From: Phoronis australis
Taxonomy: Eukaryota; Animalia; Phoronida
Direction of reading: 5' to 3'
DNA length: 64,000 nucleotides
Assembly (NCBI GenBank): GCA_002633005.1
Contig: NMRA01000362.1
Location: 310,001 to 374,000, forward strand
Part shown: positions 24,072-36,766 of the stretch, piece after piece
Layout of the letters: every line of letters starts with the position of its first letter
How positions within the stretch are numbered: the stretch's first letter is position 1
Position numbers and translations under genes: made by a program
The notes under the pieces: model-generated
Told to the model about the DNA's origin: nothing
Database searches by the model: none
The model's input: only the letters and a program-made list of their open reading frames with translations

Positions 24072-27000
24072 TTATAAAATCCCGAGTTCCATTGCATCTT
24101 CAACTAAACCTATGAACTTCTCGATAACCCTCTTGTCGGATTCGGATAATCCCTCTTCTTCCTGTTTCCTCTTCGCATCGTTAAGCATCTCTTCGTGCTT
24201 CTTCAGCCATTCGTTAGAATCCTGGCTCTTTAATTTGTCATATATTTCAAACTCTTCTCTGTTTGCTTGAAAGAAGGGAATTGCCATGCTCCCAAACAAT
24301 ATACCCAACATGGCTGTTTTCTTGAACAGGCTTTTGACGACGTCCAGCGTGAATTCGGGGAACTCAAACTTGACGTAACAGAGTGTATTAATGAAGGTCG
24401 TATGGTAGAGCTCTAGAAGATCTTGAAGATGGGCTTTGCGCAAGCTTCTTGAAGTGTTGAGAAATAAAAAGTAACACAAGTCAGTAGTAGGCAGTGCGTA
24501 TCGGACAACTTGGTGATCAAGAAGAGTTATTGCAACAGGCTTCTGAACTCCGTCACAATCCGCGTAGCGAAACATCATGTTATTACACCAACTGTCGCCA
24601 TGACAAATAAGAGCAAATGGTTCCTCAGGTTGGATTGCTTTTCTTATTTCCTCCAAAGGCTCTTCGATCTCCAACAATTTCTTGGCTCGTTTTTTTACTT
24701 CCGTAGAAGACAACGGTGACTTTTCAATCAACGACACCATGCCTTCCACGCTATCTTTCAACAACTTTTTCAACCACATATCAGCAGAGGTACCAAACTG
24801 CGCCTCGTGAAATGCAAATTCGAATTCGTTTCGCAGCTTCTCCACGTCCCTGTTTTTCAATGCCAACGTCAAAGCGTGCCACGTGGCTAGCTCTTTCATA
24901 ACTAATCTACAATGGTCAAGATCAGCCCCGTCGCGTTTTTCGATCATTAAAAATCCCTTTGGTCTTAAGTCTTCAACTATGACTATGCCGGCAACGTTGG
25001 CAGCATCTTCGTGGCCATAGTAGAATTTTGGCGCAGACGGGACTACGGGCTTGATCCCTAGATCTTCTTGCATCTTAAGTAATGCTGGAAATAGCTTCGT
25101 ATATGCACTGATCTCTTTGTTGAATAATCGACCTTCCAACACGTAGGAGCTCATGATCTCCTTCGGTTGCGTTGTCTTCACAATAAGGTTATGCTCTTCT
25201 TCCACGTCATCGTGCAGCGCCGTGACGTTGACCCGAAGCACATAGGTTGCCATGTTGTCACCTGAAATAAATTGTAATTTTAAGTAAATTTCCACCGTAA
25301 ACGGCGAATGCACTTTTTGGTCAGTTCGATGGTGCGTTCCGAAGAGCACGTTTCTCACGAGTAGAACGACATCACGCCTGTGCGGTCGTGTCGCAGCTTC
25401 TCCACCTCCCTGTTTTTCAATGTCAGCGCCAAAGCGTGCCACGTGGCCAGCTCTTTACTTTCATTATTAATCTGCAATGATCGAGATCAGCCCCGATGCG
25501 TTTTTCGATCATTTGAAATCATTGTGGTCTGAAAGCTTCAACTATGATATCACTATCTCACTGATAATATTGGACGACACGTGACCTAGAATCTGTAAAG
25601 CAGGGTCAGATCCAGGATTTTGAGTTCAAAAGGCCAGGGCTCAGTATTAGCCAGGATTTTGTGCGTCATACATCCGCGCTCCCGAACTGCTAAATGGAAT
25701 CTGTAAGAATTTTAGTGGGGTCTTGCCCACCTTGCCAACCCCTCCTATAAATCCGCCACTGTAAAGATTTCGTTTTTGTAATCCAACTTGATTGTTCTGA
25801 AGTTAAACTGAAAAAAACATATTTGTTAATGGAAAGTACGCAGAGTTTGAGAAAAACGAGGAAGTTTGTGAACGGGAAGAAATATCCCTTCGGTTTTGAT
25901 TGAGGTCACTTGCCGTTGCTCAGATTACAAGTGGGGTTAGAGGAAAAACTGGCAATCCGTCGAATGTTCGAGAGCATGATCAATTAGTTGGCTAGAGGCA
26001 GTTGATCATTCTATGGCTAGAATGTTGAATTTTGGAGTTTCGTGATGTTTGCGAAGATGTTCGCAGCAAAAAGTGTATAGTGTTTTGCGTTACCGAAGGT
26101 AACTCTACATTATGTTTCTCCGTTTTTCAGAAACTATGATTTGACTCGGCTTTAGTTCAGTTTTCTGTTGAGCATTTTGATTGTTCAGTGGAACTGAATG
26201 CAGCAACTAGATGCGTGCCTTTTCTTGGGTCGTTTACTTTGATTCACTAATGTTACATAGTGTTATAAAATGTGTGCACGTGGAATAAAAACCACTATTA
26301 AAATCTGTGTACGAAGATAACACAGATTGCATTGTTTCACCTTTCAAAGTTTGTGTTGCTACTTTGATGACATAGGAATGTCAAAAATAAATTGTAAGTT
26401 TTTTACTTATCATGCAAGTACGTTCCAAAATGTAGCTGTTTCGTGGGCAAACCACACTTCCGTTGATAGTATAAATGAACGTACAAAACGAGGCTAGAGT
26501 TCAGTAGCTGTCACGCGACTAGAAAACTCTAGCCAATATCACGTGTTCCCATTTAAAGTACAAGACAATATCTCGCGTAATTCCGCGAAGTCTTGCATTC
26601 CTAGCGAGATTTTAGCGGTTGTTGGACTCTACTAAGGTATTCCATGCACCATGAAACCCATATTACACACGCATCAGTCTGTGAGATAATGAAATGCGCC
26701 ATGTCACTAAATGACGTTAGTGTCGTTGGTGCTCAAATTAACACACATCTCTTGATGACGTCATATCTCCTCCAAATTATAGCAAATGTCTGTTATCTTA
26801 CAACGAACTCTGATATTTACATTTTAAAAACTGCGATTGGGCGCGCATTTGTGCTCCATAGGTTTCCGCTCTACGTGAGCAGTGGTACCCCAATTTCACT
26901 GATAATAGCCCAGATCTATTGAAAGACACGTGACCTAGAATCGCTAAAGGACTCGTTTTTATGATCCAACTTAATTATTTTGAAGACAAATTAAAAATAA

Positions 27001-27723
27001 CACATATGATAGTGGAAGGTACGCAGAGTTTGAGAAAAACAAGGGAATTGGAGACCGGAATGAAATCCCTTTGGTTTTTGAGTCGAGCCCCTTGTCCTTT
27101 CTCAGAATACAAGTGGGGTTGAATAAAACTGTCTATCCGTAATGTTCGACAGCAGGCTAAATTTGATGACTAGAGGGGGCCGATCATTTTGTGCACTGTG
27201 GATAGCCTCAATCCTTAAAAAAATGCCTGTTATTTCCAACCTTTTCTTGTCTGAGCGAGATGAAAAGTCGAGCCAGTTTTACAACTGTAAGCAGTCTAAA
27301 TTAAAAGTCAAGTTTTGTTGGGTAAGGGTTGGTTTGTGTGTTGATGTAAGCCGGTCATTGCTTTGCGAAAATGAAACAATGACGTCACTTGTGCTTGAAA
27401 TTAATTCGGTTTCAATGCCATATCATATATGTATGTGCCTCTTTACTGAAACATGTGCATGTTGATGCTTGCACTGCAAACTCAGCAAACACTACAAAAC
27501 AATGTTCGAAATAATTTACCAACATGGCTGCTCTCGTGATTAATTAAATGTATGTTTGTAGGCTTTATGTCCTACCTAACTTAGACGCCCACTTTACTGA
27601 GAAATCCTTCACGGTGACATTTTCAGACCCCTCTGTCTTCTTTAAGGCTTTTTCAAGCAACTCTTTCGTTATCACGTCGGCCACGTCGGAAAGTGCCCGC
27701 TCTTCTGAAATGGGATCGGCCAT
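24072..27723 (-). CDS. EcKL/DUF227 kinase-like protein, copy 2 (chimera of copies 1 and 3), ~445 aa
   Basis: Exon 1 27723-27576 and exon 2 25261-24072. Same splice sites and kinase motifs as copy 1 (CHGDSWCNN, LLDHQ), with an intact ORF. Confidence 0.93.
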
Positions 27724-27943
27724 CTGTTCTACTCAGTTGAACCAAAACGGTATGAGAGTGAATGAATGCATTACGGGTTAGTTAAAGAATTTATTGCACG
27801 ATGAGAGGGAGCAAAGTTGACGAAATTTGATAGCAAAAGTAAATATGAAATGCTACGTGGGGTCGCTCAAATTTTATCCGCTGTTAAAGATAACGATACA
27901 CCTCGGACTGGTCAAAAGTCTCATTACAGTGAGCCCACGCATC

Positions 27944-29035
27944 CAGTGCCGGATTAAGACATAACAGGACCTCTAGCATAAGTCGAAGCACGGGGCCCTT
28001 ACTCAACTGCTCGTGCAACTGTTAATTTAAAGTAAAGGCAAAACAGATGTAATTGTCACTTTTTGATAAAAAGCAATTACGAAGGATTCTACGCCTACTT
28101 CACAAAGTTTCAAAGCACACTTAGGGCCATCGCAAACGTTAGATGCAGGCGATTTGGCTGAGCTGTTTCAAGTGAACAGGTCGCGCCAAGACGTGCAAAT
28201 ACGAAATCAATTGAATGAATTGATTCGTGCAGTCGTTTAAGCCTTGAAATGACCTGTGAGCTCAGCTATCGTTGTCATGAGGCAGGCAGCTCAGCTCGCA
28301 GCTTATGGTCTACGGTGGTCCTTTTGTGTGTATTCGTTCGGCTTACAATGTGCAATTTTACACTTCGCACTTGCGAAATCGTCAGTTATAAATGAAACGT
28401 CAATTTCCCGTGAAAGATCATGTTCAGTACTCTTCATTGCGAGGCTGTTCAATCATGTCTGTCCCATGTTGCGTCTAAAGCTCGTTTTTGCTCCAAGTTT
28501 TGAACGTGATCGTTCGCCACTGACAGCTATTAGTAACGATGAGAGGCAAGTAGATCCTTAAGACGATTTTAACATTTAGGAAACAGGGCTCCAGGCAGTT
28601 TTCGGTTATAAAGCGATACATTTCCATCATTCTGTACTGGATCTTGGTTGTTTTGGTTGCCAATATGACTACCTAAATAGGCTTACAGCTGTTCACAAAA
28701 CTGTACTTTGTCATCAACGAAATGTTCCTCCAAGACTTGAGTGCAGTTTTGACGACATTTGTTGAACCTTCTGTGATTTCGTCGTCTGTTGAATTTTGCA
28801 GCTTTCGAAGCTATCCAAATATATTCTGCAAACTTTCGAAGCCTTCTTGGCGTTTTGACAGAACAGCAAGAACGATATCAGTATCAACTAAGAATGCAAG
28901 TATGGTTTTGAATCTCGCAGACGAAGTTTGGGGTTTAAAAACTGGGTTGAGATTGCGGGAACTAAAAAATTCACTGTAAACTCGGTTGTTTTCCGCCAGT
29001 ATGCTCTTGGTTCCATCTCCCAGGAAAATCAATCA
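27944..29035 (-). mobile_element. Duplicated degenerate hAT remnant
   Basis: Paralogous to 21935-23035 within the 6 kb duplication. ORF fragments 28475-28663 and 28811-29032. Confidence 0.8.
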
Positions 29036-30113
29036 GAAGCTTTGCCCGAATGAAGACGTGGAATTTACAATTAACCAAACCTCCAGAAGTGATTTTTGAA
29101 ATGTTATCAAAATATTAGAGCTGATTTTAAAATCTGAGTTTTGTTACTGGCAACTCGGCCCGTCTTGCATACCAGATCAAGCGAAAGTAATTCTGTCCTC
29201 TCCCAACCCTAAAAGTATACGATATTTCCAAATCGCCAACAACTACTTGGTGACGGCCTAAACTTCCCCCAATTCAGTGGCGGATTTAGAGGGGGGCCAT
29301 GCCACCCCCCCTAAAATTCTTCCAGATTCCATTTGACAGTTCGAGGGTACGAATGTCTGGCTGGAAAAATCCTGGTCAATACCATGCCCTGGCCCCATAA
29401 CTCAAAATCCTGGATCCGCCCCTACAACTTATAGGAAATTCTTAAATATTACGTTACGTTAGAAGCTGACAATCATGTTGAAATCCCTTTTAGTGACGCT
29501 CCTTTGAAAAGTAGGGGGTTTGGAAATATGCATCGTTATCATGGTAACCAGATATTTCGCCAGTCGGCAAAATCAGCAATTTCAGGTTTGAGAGCAATTT
29601 GTGTCATAAGCTGACCACCTTACCCAGAGTGCATGTACAGGCTCTTTAGTGATACTTTATTTTGGGGCAGATCGGGCTCAAGATGGCCTAGTGGTGGTCG
29701 TATTTTTAATTACTTTTTTCCTACACTCTTTGTCCAAACCTTTTTAAATTTGGTATGTAAATAAACCTTGTCTCAGGCTATTTGTATTAATTTGGGATTG
29801 GTTTGTTTTTATATCTTACATTTTTTAACTATTTGAGGTTTTCTGATTTGATGTCTTTTACGGACTGATTCCTCAATGTACTTTTAATGGTTTATCGTTT
29901 ATTGGACGTCGGTATAACAGGAGTCGGCGTCGGGGTTGTTGGTTTTCTTTGTTTCGTCGTCGACATCACCTTTATATTTTTATTCGATTTCGCCAAGTGC
30001 CGCTGCTCATGCGCTTTCACTGTATTGTTATTGGTCGTATCATTCACATGTACGTGAAACAAGGCTGAACAGTTTCATAAGACTTGTGATGTTTCAAGAC
30101 GTTCGGGTTTAAA

Positions 30114-33100
30114 TTATAAAATCCCGAGTTCCATTGCATCTTCAACTAAACCTATGAAGTTCTCGATAACCCTCTTGTCGGATTCGGATAATCCTTCTTC
30201 TTCCTGTTTCCTCTTCGCATCGTTAAGCATCTCTTCGTGCTTCTTCAGCCATTCGTTAGCATCCTGGCTCTTTAATTTGTCATATATTTCAAACTCTTCT
30301 CTGTTTGCTTGAAAGAAGGGAATTGCCATGCTCCCAAACAATATACCCAACATGGCTGTTTTCTTGAACAGGCTTTTGACGACGTCTAGCGTGAATTCGG
30401 GGAACTCAAACTTGACGTAACGGAGTGTATTAACGAAGGTTGTATGGTAGAGCTCGAGAAGATCTTGAAGATGGGCTTTGCGCAAGCTTCTTGAAGTGTT
30501 GAGAAATAAAAAGTAACATAAGTCAGTAGTAGGCAGTGCGTATCGGACAACCTGGTGATCAAGAAGAGTTATTGCAACAGGCTTCTGAACTCCGTCACAA
30601 TCCCCGTAGCGGAACATCATGTTATTACACCAACTGTCGCCATGGCAAATAAGAGCAAATGGTTCTTCAGGTTGGATTGCTTTTCTTATCTCCTCGAATG
30701 GCTCTTTAAAGTCCAATAATTTTCTCGACCGTTTTTTTACTTCCGCAGAAGACAACGCAGACTTTTCGATCAACGACACCATGCTTTCCACGCTGTCTTT
30801 CAATATTTTTTTCATCCAATTTTCAGACGAGGTACCAAACTGCACCTCGTGAAATGCAAATTCGAATTGGTGTCGCAGCTTCTCCACATCCCTATTTTTC
30901 AACGCCAGCGTCAAAGCGTGCCACGTGGCTAGCTCTTTCACAACTAATCTACAATGGTGGAGATCAGCCCCGTCACGTTTTTCGATCATTTGAAATCCCT
31001 TTGGTCTTAGGTCTTCAATTATTACAATGCCGGCAACGTTGTCGGCATCTTCATGGCCATAGTAGAATTTTGGCACGGACGGTATTACGGGCTTGGTCCC
31101 TAGCCCTTCTTGCATCTTAAGTAACGCTGGAAATAGCTTCGTATATGCACCGATCTCTTTGTTGAACAAGCGATCGTCAAACAGAAAAGAACGCATTTGC
31201 TCAGTCGGCGGAATCGTCTTCACAATGAGGTTATGTTCTTCTCTCACGCCATCGTGCAGAGCAGTGACCTTGACCCGTAGCACACAGGTTGTCATGTTGT
31301 CACCTGAAATAAATGTATTTTTGGTTAATTTCCACATTCCACAGCGTATGCACTTTTTTGGACAATTCGATGGTGCAAGTTTCTTTCCAGTAGAACGAGA
31401 TCATACCTGTGCGGTCTAATGCCAGCTTGCATGACGACCTAGCCACCACCATCACCATCAGTTGTAATCGAAATGCCTTAGTGGTGCAATTGTCAGAGAA
31501 AGTGCCCAACCAAGAGGTCTTCGCACTTCAAGATGAACGATCAGTACACAAATGGGTATTTGCGTGAAGAAAGCTCTTGAACATTTGCGGGCAAGAGGTC
31601 GGTAGCAACAGGGTTCTACAAGCCCTGCATGTTTTATCATTTCGAAAAAGGTAATTGAATTTTTAAGAAACTTTACAGAAATTTTTCCACAAAATATTCA
31701 TAAGTTACCAAAATGCAAACATCTAATAAATTCAAATGCACCAGTCCTCGATTAAAATAGAAGTTTACCCTAAACCCCGTTTTTGTACAAAGGAACTCTG
31801 GTTAAAGTATGCATAAAAACTTCAATAATAATGGAAGCAATACATTTTTCGATAAACCATAGATTTGAGACTGTGAATAATAAATTATTCGATAAACCAT
31901 GTCTTTGGGACTGTGAAATGGTGCAAGAAGAACTCAAAGAAATAATTGCCATCGCAAAACCTCTGACAAACTTGACTTGCCGTAGAATACATTAATTGCA
32001 AACTTGATGGAAGATATGATTATTACTAAGGAACTCAAAACATTGTTTACAATTTGTGACCTTGAATTTGCACTCCTCGACACATTAATGACATTTCACC
32101 TAAACTAGCCAAAATTCTTACGATTTATTTTCAGTTTTAACACGAAATAAACTTATATGTGTATGTTGTGAAAATTAGGTCTCTACCTCATCGCATTCTG
32201 ACGTTAAAAATGTTATCGTTTTTATGTTTCTACAGACACGCCCATCTAGCGAAAAGTTTAACGCATGTGTCAAAATGTCCTTAAATAAATGAAATTGCTT
32301 TTCGTTTCTGTCAACTTGGCACGTTTTGCATATCAGGATTAGAAATAGTGCCAAGCGAAAGTAATTCTGTGCTTTCACAACCCTCAAGAGTTTTATGTAG
32401 GATATTTACTATTCTCTCACTTGCACTTGGCGACCTTACACACTTCCGACAACTTATAGGAAATGTCTATTATCTTATGTAGTCAGCCGGCAAAGTTAAG
32501 TTGGGAGCAGGCAAGCATGCTCAAATCATGTTCAGCGACGCTCCCTTGAAACTTGGGGGAGGTTGCCATGCTGACATATGCATCGTTAATCATGTACTAT
32601 GCCAGGGAATATAAAAAAATCAGATTTCAGAGCAAACTTGTGTAAGAAGCGACCTACCTTGCCCACAATGCATGCAAACCTAGGGGTTGCTCAGCTGACT
32701 TGACTATCGTTATGATGGTAACTAGATATTTTCCCAGTAACCATGTTAGGTTTCATGGTAGTTATATTACAGACAGGCCATGCACAAATTGTTTTAATGA
32801 CCCTCCCTAGAAACTTGATAAACTTGAATACGTACCGTTGCCATGGTAACCATGAATTTTGGAATTGCAACACACTCCACGCTGTGGTCGAAATTTGGAA
32901 TATTTGAACTATCTAAAGCAAACCGTTGCTTCTATCAAAGATGGTCCATAACCAGTAGGACAAGTTTAGAATCTAAAAATGGTTGCCAACACATGTACAC
33001 AAACATGGAAATAACCTTTCTAAAACATGGGAGCTAATGTAATAAATTCGCATGAACTAGAACCGAAGACTTATGGCTGGTATGACGAAACCGGTAGCTT

Positions 33101-34085
33101 TACTTTGAGAATCAAAAATAGTTGCCTTGCCAAGGCAACTAATGCAAACGCACTGGTCAACTGCTTCAGCAACATAAAGGATGTATAAAGCCCCCTAGCA
33201 ACAAAATCAATTAAATGAAACAGGTTCGTTCAGTTGGCTTCGGAAAAGGTGTCCTATAAAAACACATACCTGTATCATTATTTTAGAAATCCAAAATCAA
33301 AAGAGTTGCCATAACAGCGGATATGCATATTCATCACAAGCATTCAAGGCAAGACTAGTGGAAATTGTTACGAAGTATCCACAGTGTTTCTTGTTGATAG
33401 AAGCACGTGAATCCTTGGATCCGTTTTTGACACAAATCTTTCCAAGATACTTTTATTATATTGTAAAATGAAGTTCATCGTTTCTTTATTTGTCTGCCTG
33501 ACTCTGATTTACTTATAACATGACTTTGGCGTCAAAGCTTTACTTAGAAGACTTCTCAAGTTTTGACCAGCTCACCAATAACGAACTTTATTACTTACAT
33601 TTTAAACATGGTGATTGTGGGCACACTTTTGCTTCGAGATGAGATACCACTATCTCAATGATGATAGTCGGTTGGAAAAATCCAGTTACTTTGGTTCGTT
33701 GGTTTATGTAAGCCGTGTCATCGCTTTATGAAAATAAATTTATTGCCCGACTTGTGTTTGATTACCGATTTCAAATGCTGTTTTATATATGTATCCCCAT
33801 CCAATCTGTTGCTGCAGGGCTTGCTCTGCGAAAATTGTACAAAAAGTATCCGAAAATATTTACCAACATAGCACCTGTCGTAATATTTTTTTTAAAAAAA
33901 TATTTGAATATAAGCGCTGTTGACTTCATGAACTTACCTACTTTAGTCGCCCACTTTACAGAGAAATCCTTCACAGTGACATTTTCAGACCACTTTGTCT
34001 CCTTCAACGCTTTTTCAAGCAACTCTCTCGTTATCACGTTGGCAACTTCGGGAAGTGCCCGTTCTTCTGAAATGGGATCGGTCAT
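30114..34085 (-). CDS. EcKL/DUF227 kinase-like protein, copy 3, ~445 aa
   Basis: Exon 1 34085-33938 (MTDPISEERALPEVANVITRELLEKALKE...KWATKV, donor G|GTAAGT). Exon 2 31303-30114 (acceptor TTTATTTCAG|GT). All motifs intact. Confidence 0.93.
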
Positions 34086-36766
34086 CTGTACTGTTCACTG
34101 GAATCAAAAGTGTACGTCTGCAAAGAAAATCTTCTAAGTGATTCCTAGAATACTTTACTGCACAACTCGAGGGAGTAAAAAGATTAAATTTGATAGCAAA
34201 ATTTGATATGCAAACGATAACAAAAGTAAATAAGCGAAGTCACTCGGCTGTTCTCGACGTTATCACTGGTCTGGGTCAAAAGAAGCCCTTAATACCACCC
34301 AGTCTCAAGACACGTGAAAAAGGTATAAGTTAGAGATATCACAGTCTAACGGGTTTTCCTCGACGATGAAATTCAAACAAGAAATAGCCTTTTGCTTTGC
34401 TACGGCCACTTCAATAATTTTGATTGTTGTAAAAGATGTTTAAAATGACCAAAAATTGTGCTATTTTTCTCAATAACATCATAGTCACGACTGGCCGAGC
34501 ATCAAAGACAGTATCAGAATTCAAATGCTTTTTGCATTCTAGAATCCATAAATCTAGATTAAGCTGTACCAATACCATTCTGATTTCTGTCAATGTGTAT
34601 TTGTTTGAAGGGTACTTGGGTTAGTTCTAAGAAATTTCCACTGTACAAAGATGTTCTCTGAAAATGGCGGGACTTTCGTATCCGGGTTGATAGGAGCGGA
34701 GGTCAGTTTTCTCGTCTTCATTTCCACTTCAAGAAACTACTGGATAACAATCGCTTCCCATGAACTCTACAAAATTTCTACCCAGCTTGACCCACCCCTT
34801 GTTCTTCATTTTTGAGGTGAGTTACAACGGGCCGAGCTGTGACCTTAGGCAAGGAGCACAGTTTGAGTGGCTGATATCAACGTTATCACTGTCCTGTGTC
34901 AATAAAAGACGGTTGTTTTACACCTTCTCAAGGCACACGAAAAAGACATAACGGTCAGGAAGCATACTCGATGGGGATTCTTGGCATGTTTCTTTTTGCT
35001 TTGGCTCGCCCACAGAAAAAATAGAGATGGCAAAAATTAACGAAAAATTTTCTCTACCACATAGTACATAAGAATACAAATGATCTTGCACTTTACATTC
35101 CAGTTCCTGGATGGATGAAACAATATCAAATAAGGACTCTACTAAGTTGCCTCAATCTATGATTGCGTATTTGTGGAAAACGGCGATTGTCATTTTTATA
35201 CTGTTTTAGTTTCATTACTAAATGAGCTTTTGGTTTTGATACTGAACAAAGTGAGCTCTGTGTTGAATTCTCAATATTATCGAAAATAAATAGCGATCTC
35301 TTCATACAACGCCCGTGCTTTAAGGGCTAAGCCTGTATTTATTATAAGTGAACTCGGGATTCAGTTTTGAGATATAGTATTAGTTAAAGAGAAGTTCAGA
35401 ATAGAGATGAAATGATAGAAAAGATTACATCTGTGAGTAAAGTTAGACACAAATACGCAGTAGATTTAGGGAACTCAGTTGAGTCCCTACTTGGGACTGT
35501 TCCATGCAACTGGACATTAAAATTTAAGTTAAAATGCTAACCACTTTCCATCTACTTGCCGTCAACCCTGACTGGGGTATTTACTGAGGCCCGAACCGTG
35601 GCCTTAGACCGCTGTCACGTTCATCAGCGTAACGTTGTTGAGCAAATTGTTTGACTAACACATAGTTACGTGACTGTGTACATAGACCCGAGGCTTGAAG
35701 GGTTTAACACAATTGTCTGCACTTGAACAGCACGTTTTGATGCTTTTATTTGAAAATATCCACAAATGTAGAGATGATCACTTCACGTTATTTACATCAA
35801 TCTTGAATTATCTTCACTGGTTGGATTAATTCGTGTAAAATGTGTTTCCTTGCCCTAGTTATCCCTTAGGCTGGTACAGAATTCTAACTCAGATTTGGGG
35901 CATACAAGACACACATGTCAATTGCTCGTATGTTGCAGTACAACTGTTTTAAACGTTTAAGGAAGGCGCAGTTACCCATAAGTAACTAGAATGGTGGGCG
36001 TCTTCTTTCCTTGTCTACACTGGCACTTCGTCGGTGTTAGCAAAAATCAGGAACAGGAAGCGTTCATAGAGGCCTCAGTATAATTGGCTGAGCATGTCCT
36101 ACCCTATAGTACTAGGCGACGTCTGCGGTGCTGGAAGATGCTGTTGCAGCCATGAGCACTGGCCTAATTCCAACCTTCAGCTGCAAGCCAAAGACCCATC
36201 TTGGGAATGATGTGATTATTATACTAGAAGGCATCTAGGTTGTTTATAGACAAACATGGGCAAAGCATGCATTTTTTCTGAGTCATTATGAGGGAGACGT
36301 CGAGTTCACAGCACTTTTACCCAACTTGATTATTGATTAGCTACTAATAATGCAAAAATTACCAAAGGTATCACGAAATATGTTTTTTCACTATCATTCT
36401 GTAAATAGCAGTATAACTGTTTGAAAATGAATCAAATTAGTGACTTTTCATTTGTATTTTTCTGTTTGAACTTTCTGTCATGTCATTTTGTTTTGATATT
36501 CGTGGATGTTATCATTTTTGTCGAGCAATTAAACCATAGGACTATGTATGACGCGTGAGCGACATTTAAAATCCTTGTTTATCACTTGTTTGTATTGAGA
36601 TTCCTCTGGAGTTTTACCCAAAATAATGAAATAGTTAATAGTTTACATTTTGTATCCGAAAGAGGCCTTTCAGGAAGTCAGGCCATGGAAATCTAGTTGC
36701 GTTACAGAGAGTGTGTACATTTTGCTTGACGTGTTTTACCTGTCAAGAGCGTCTTGGAGCGGGATA

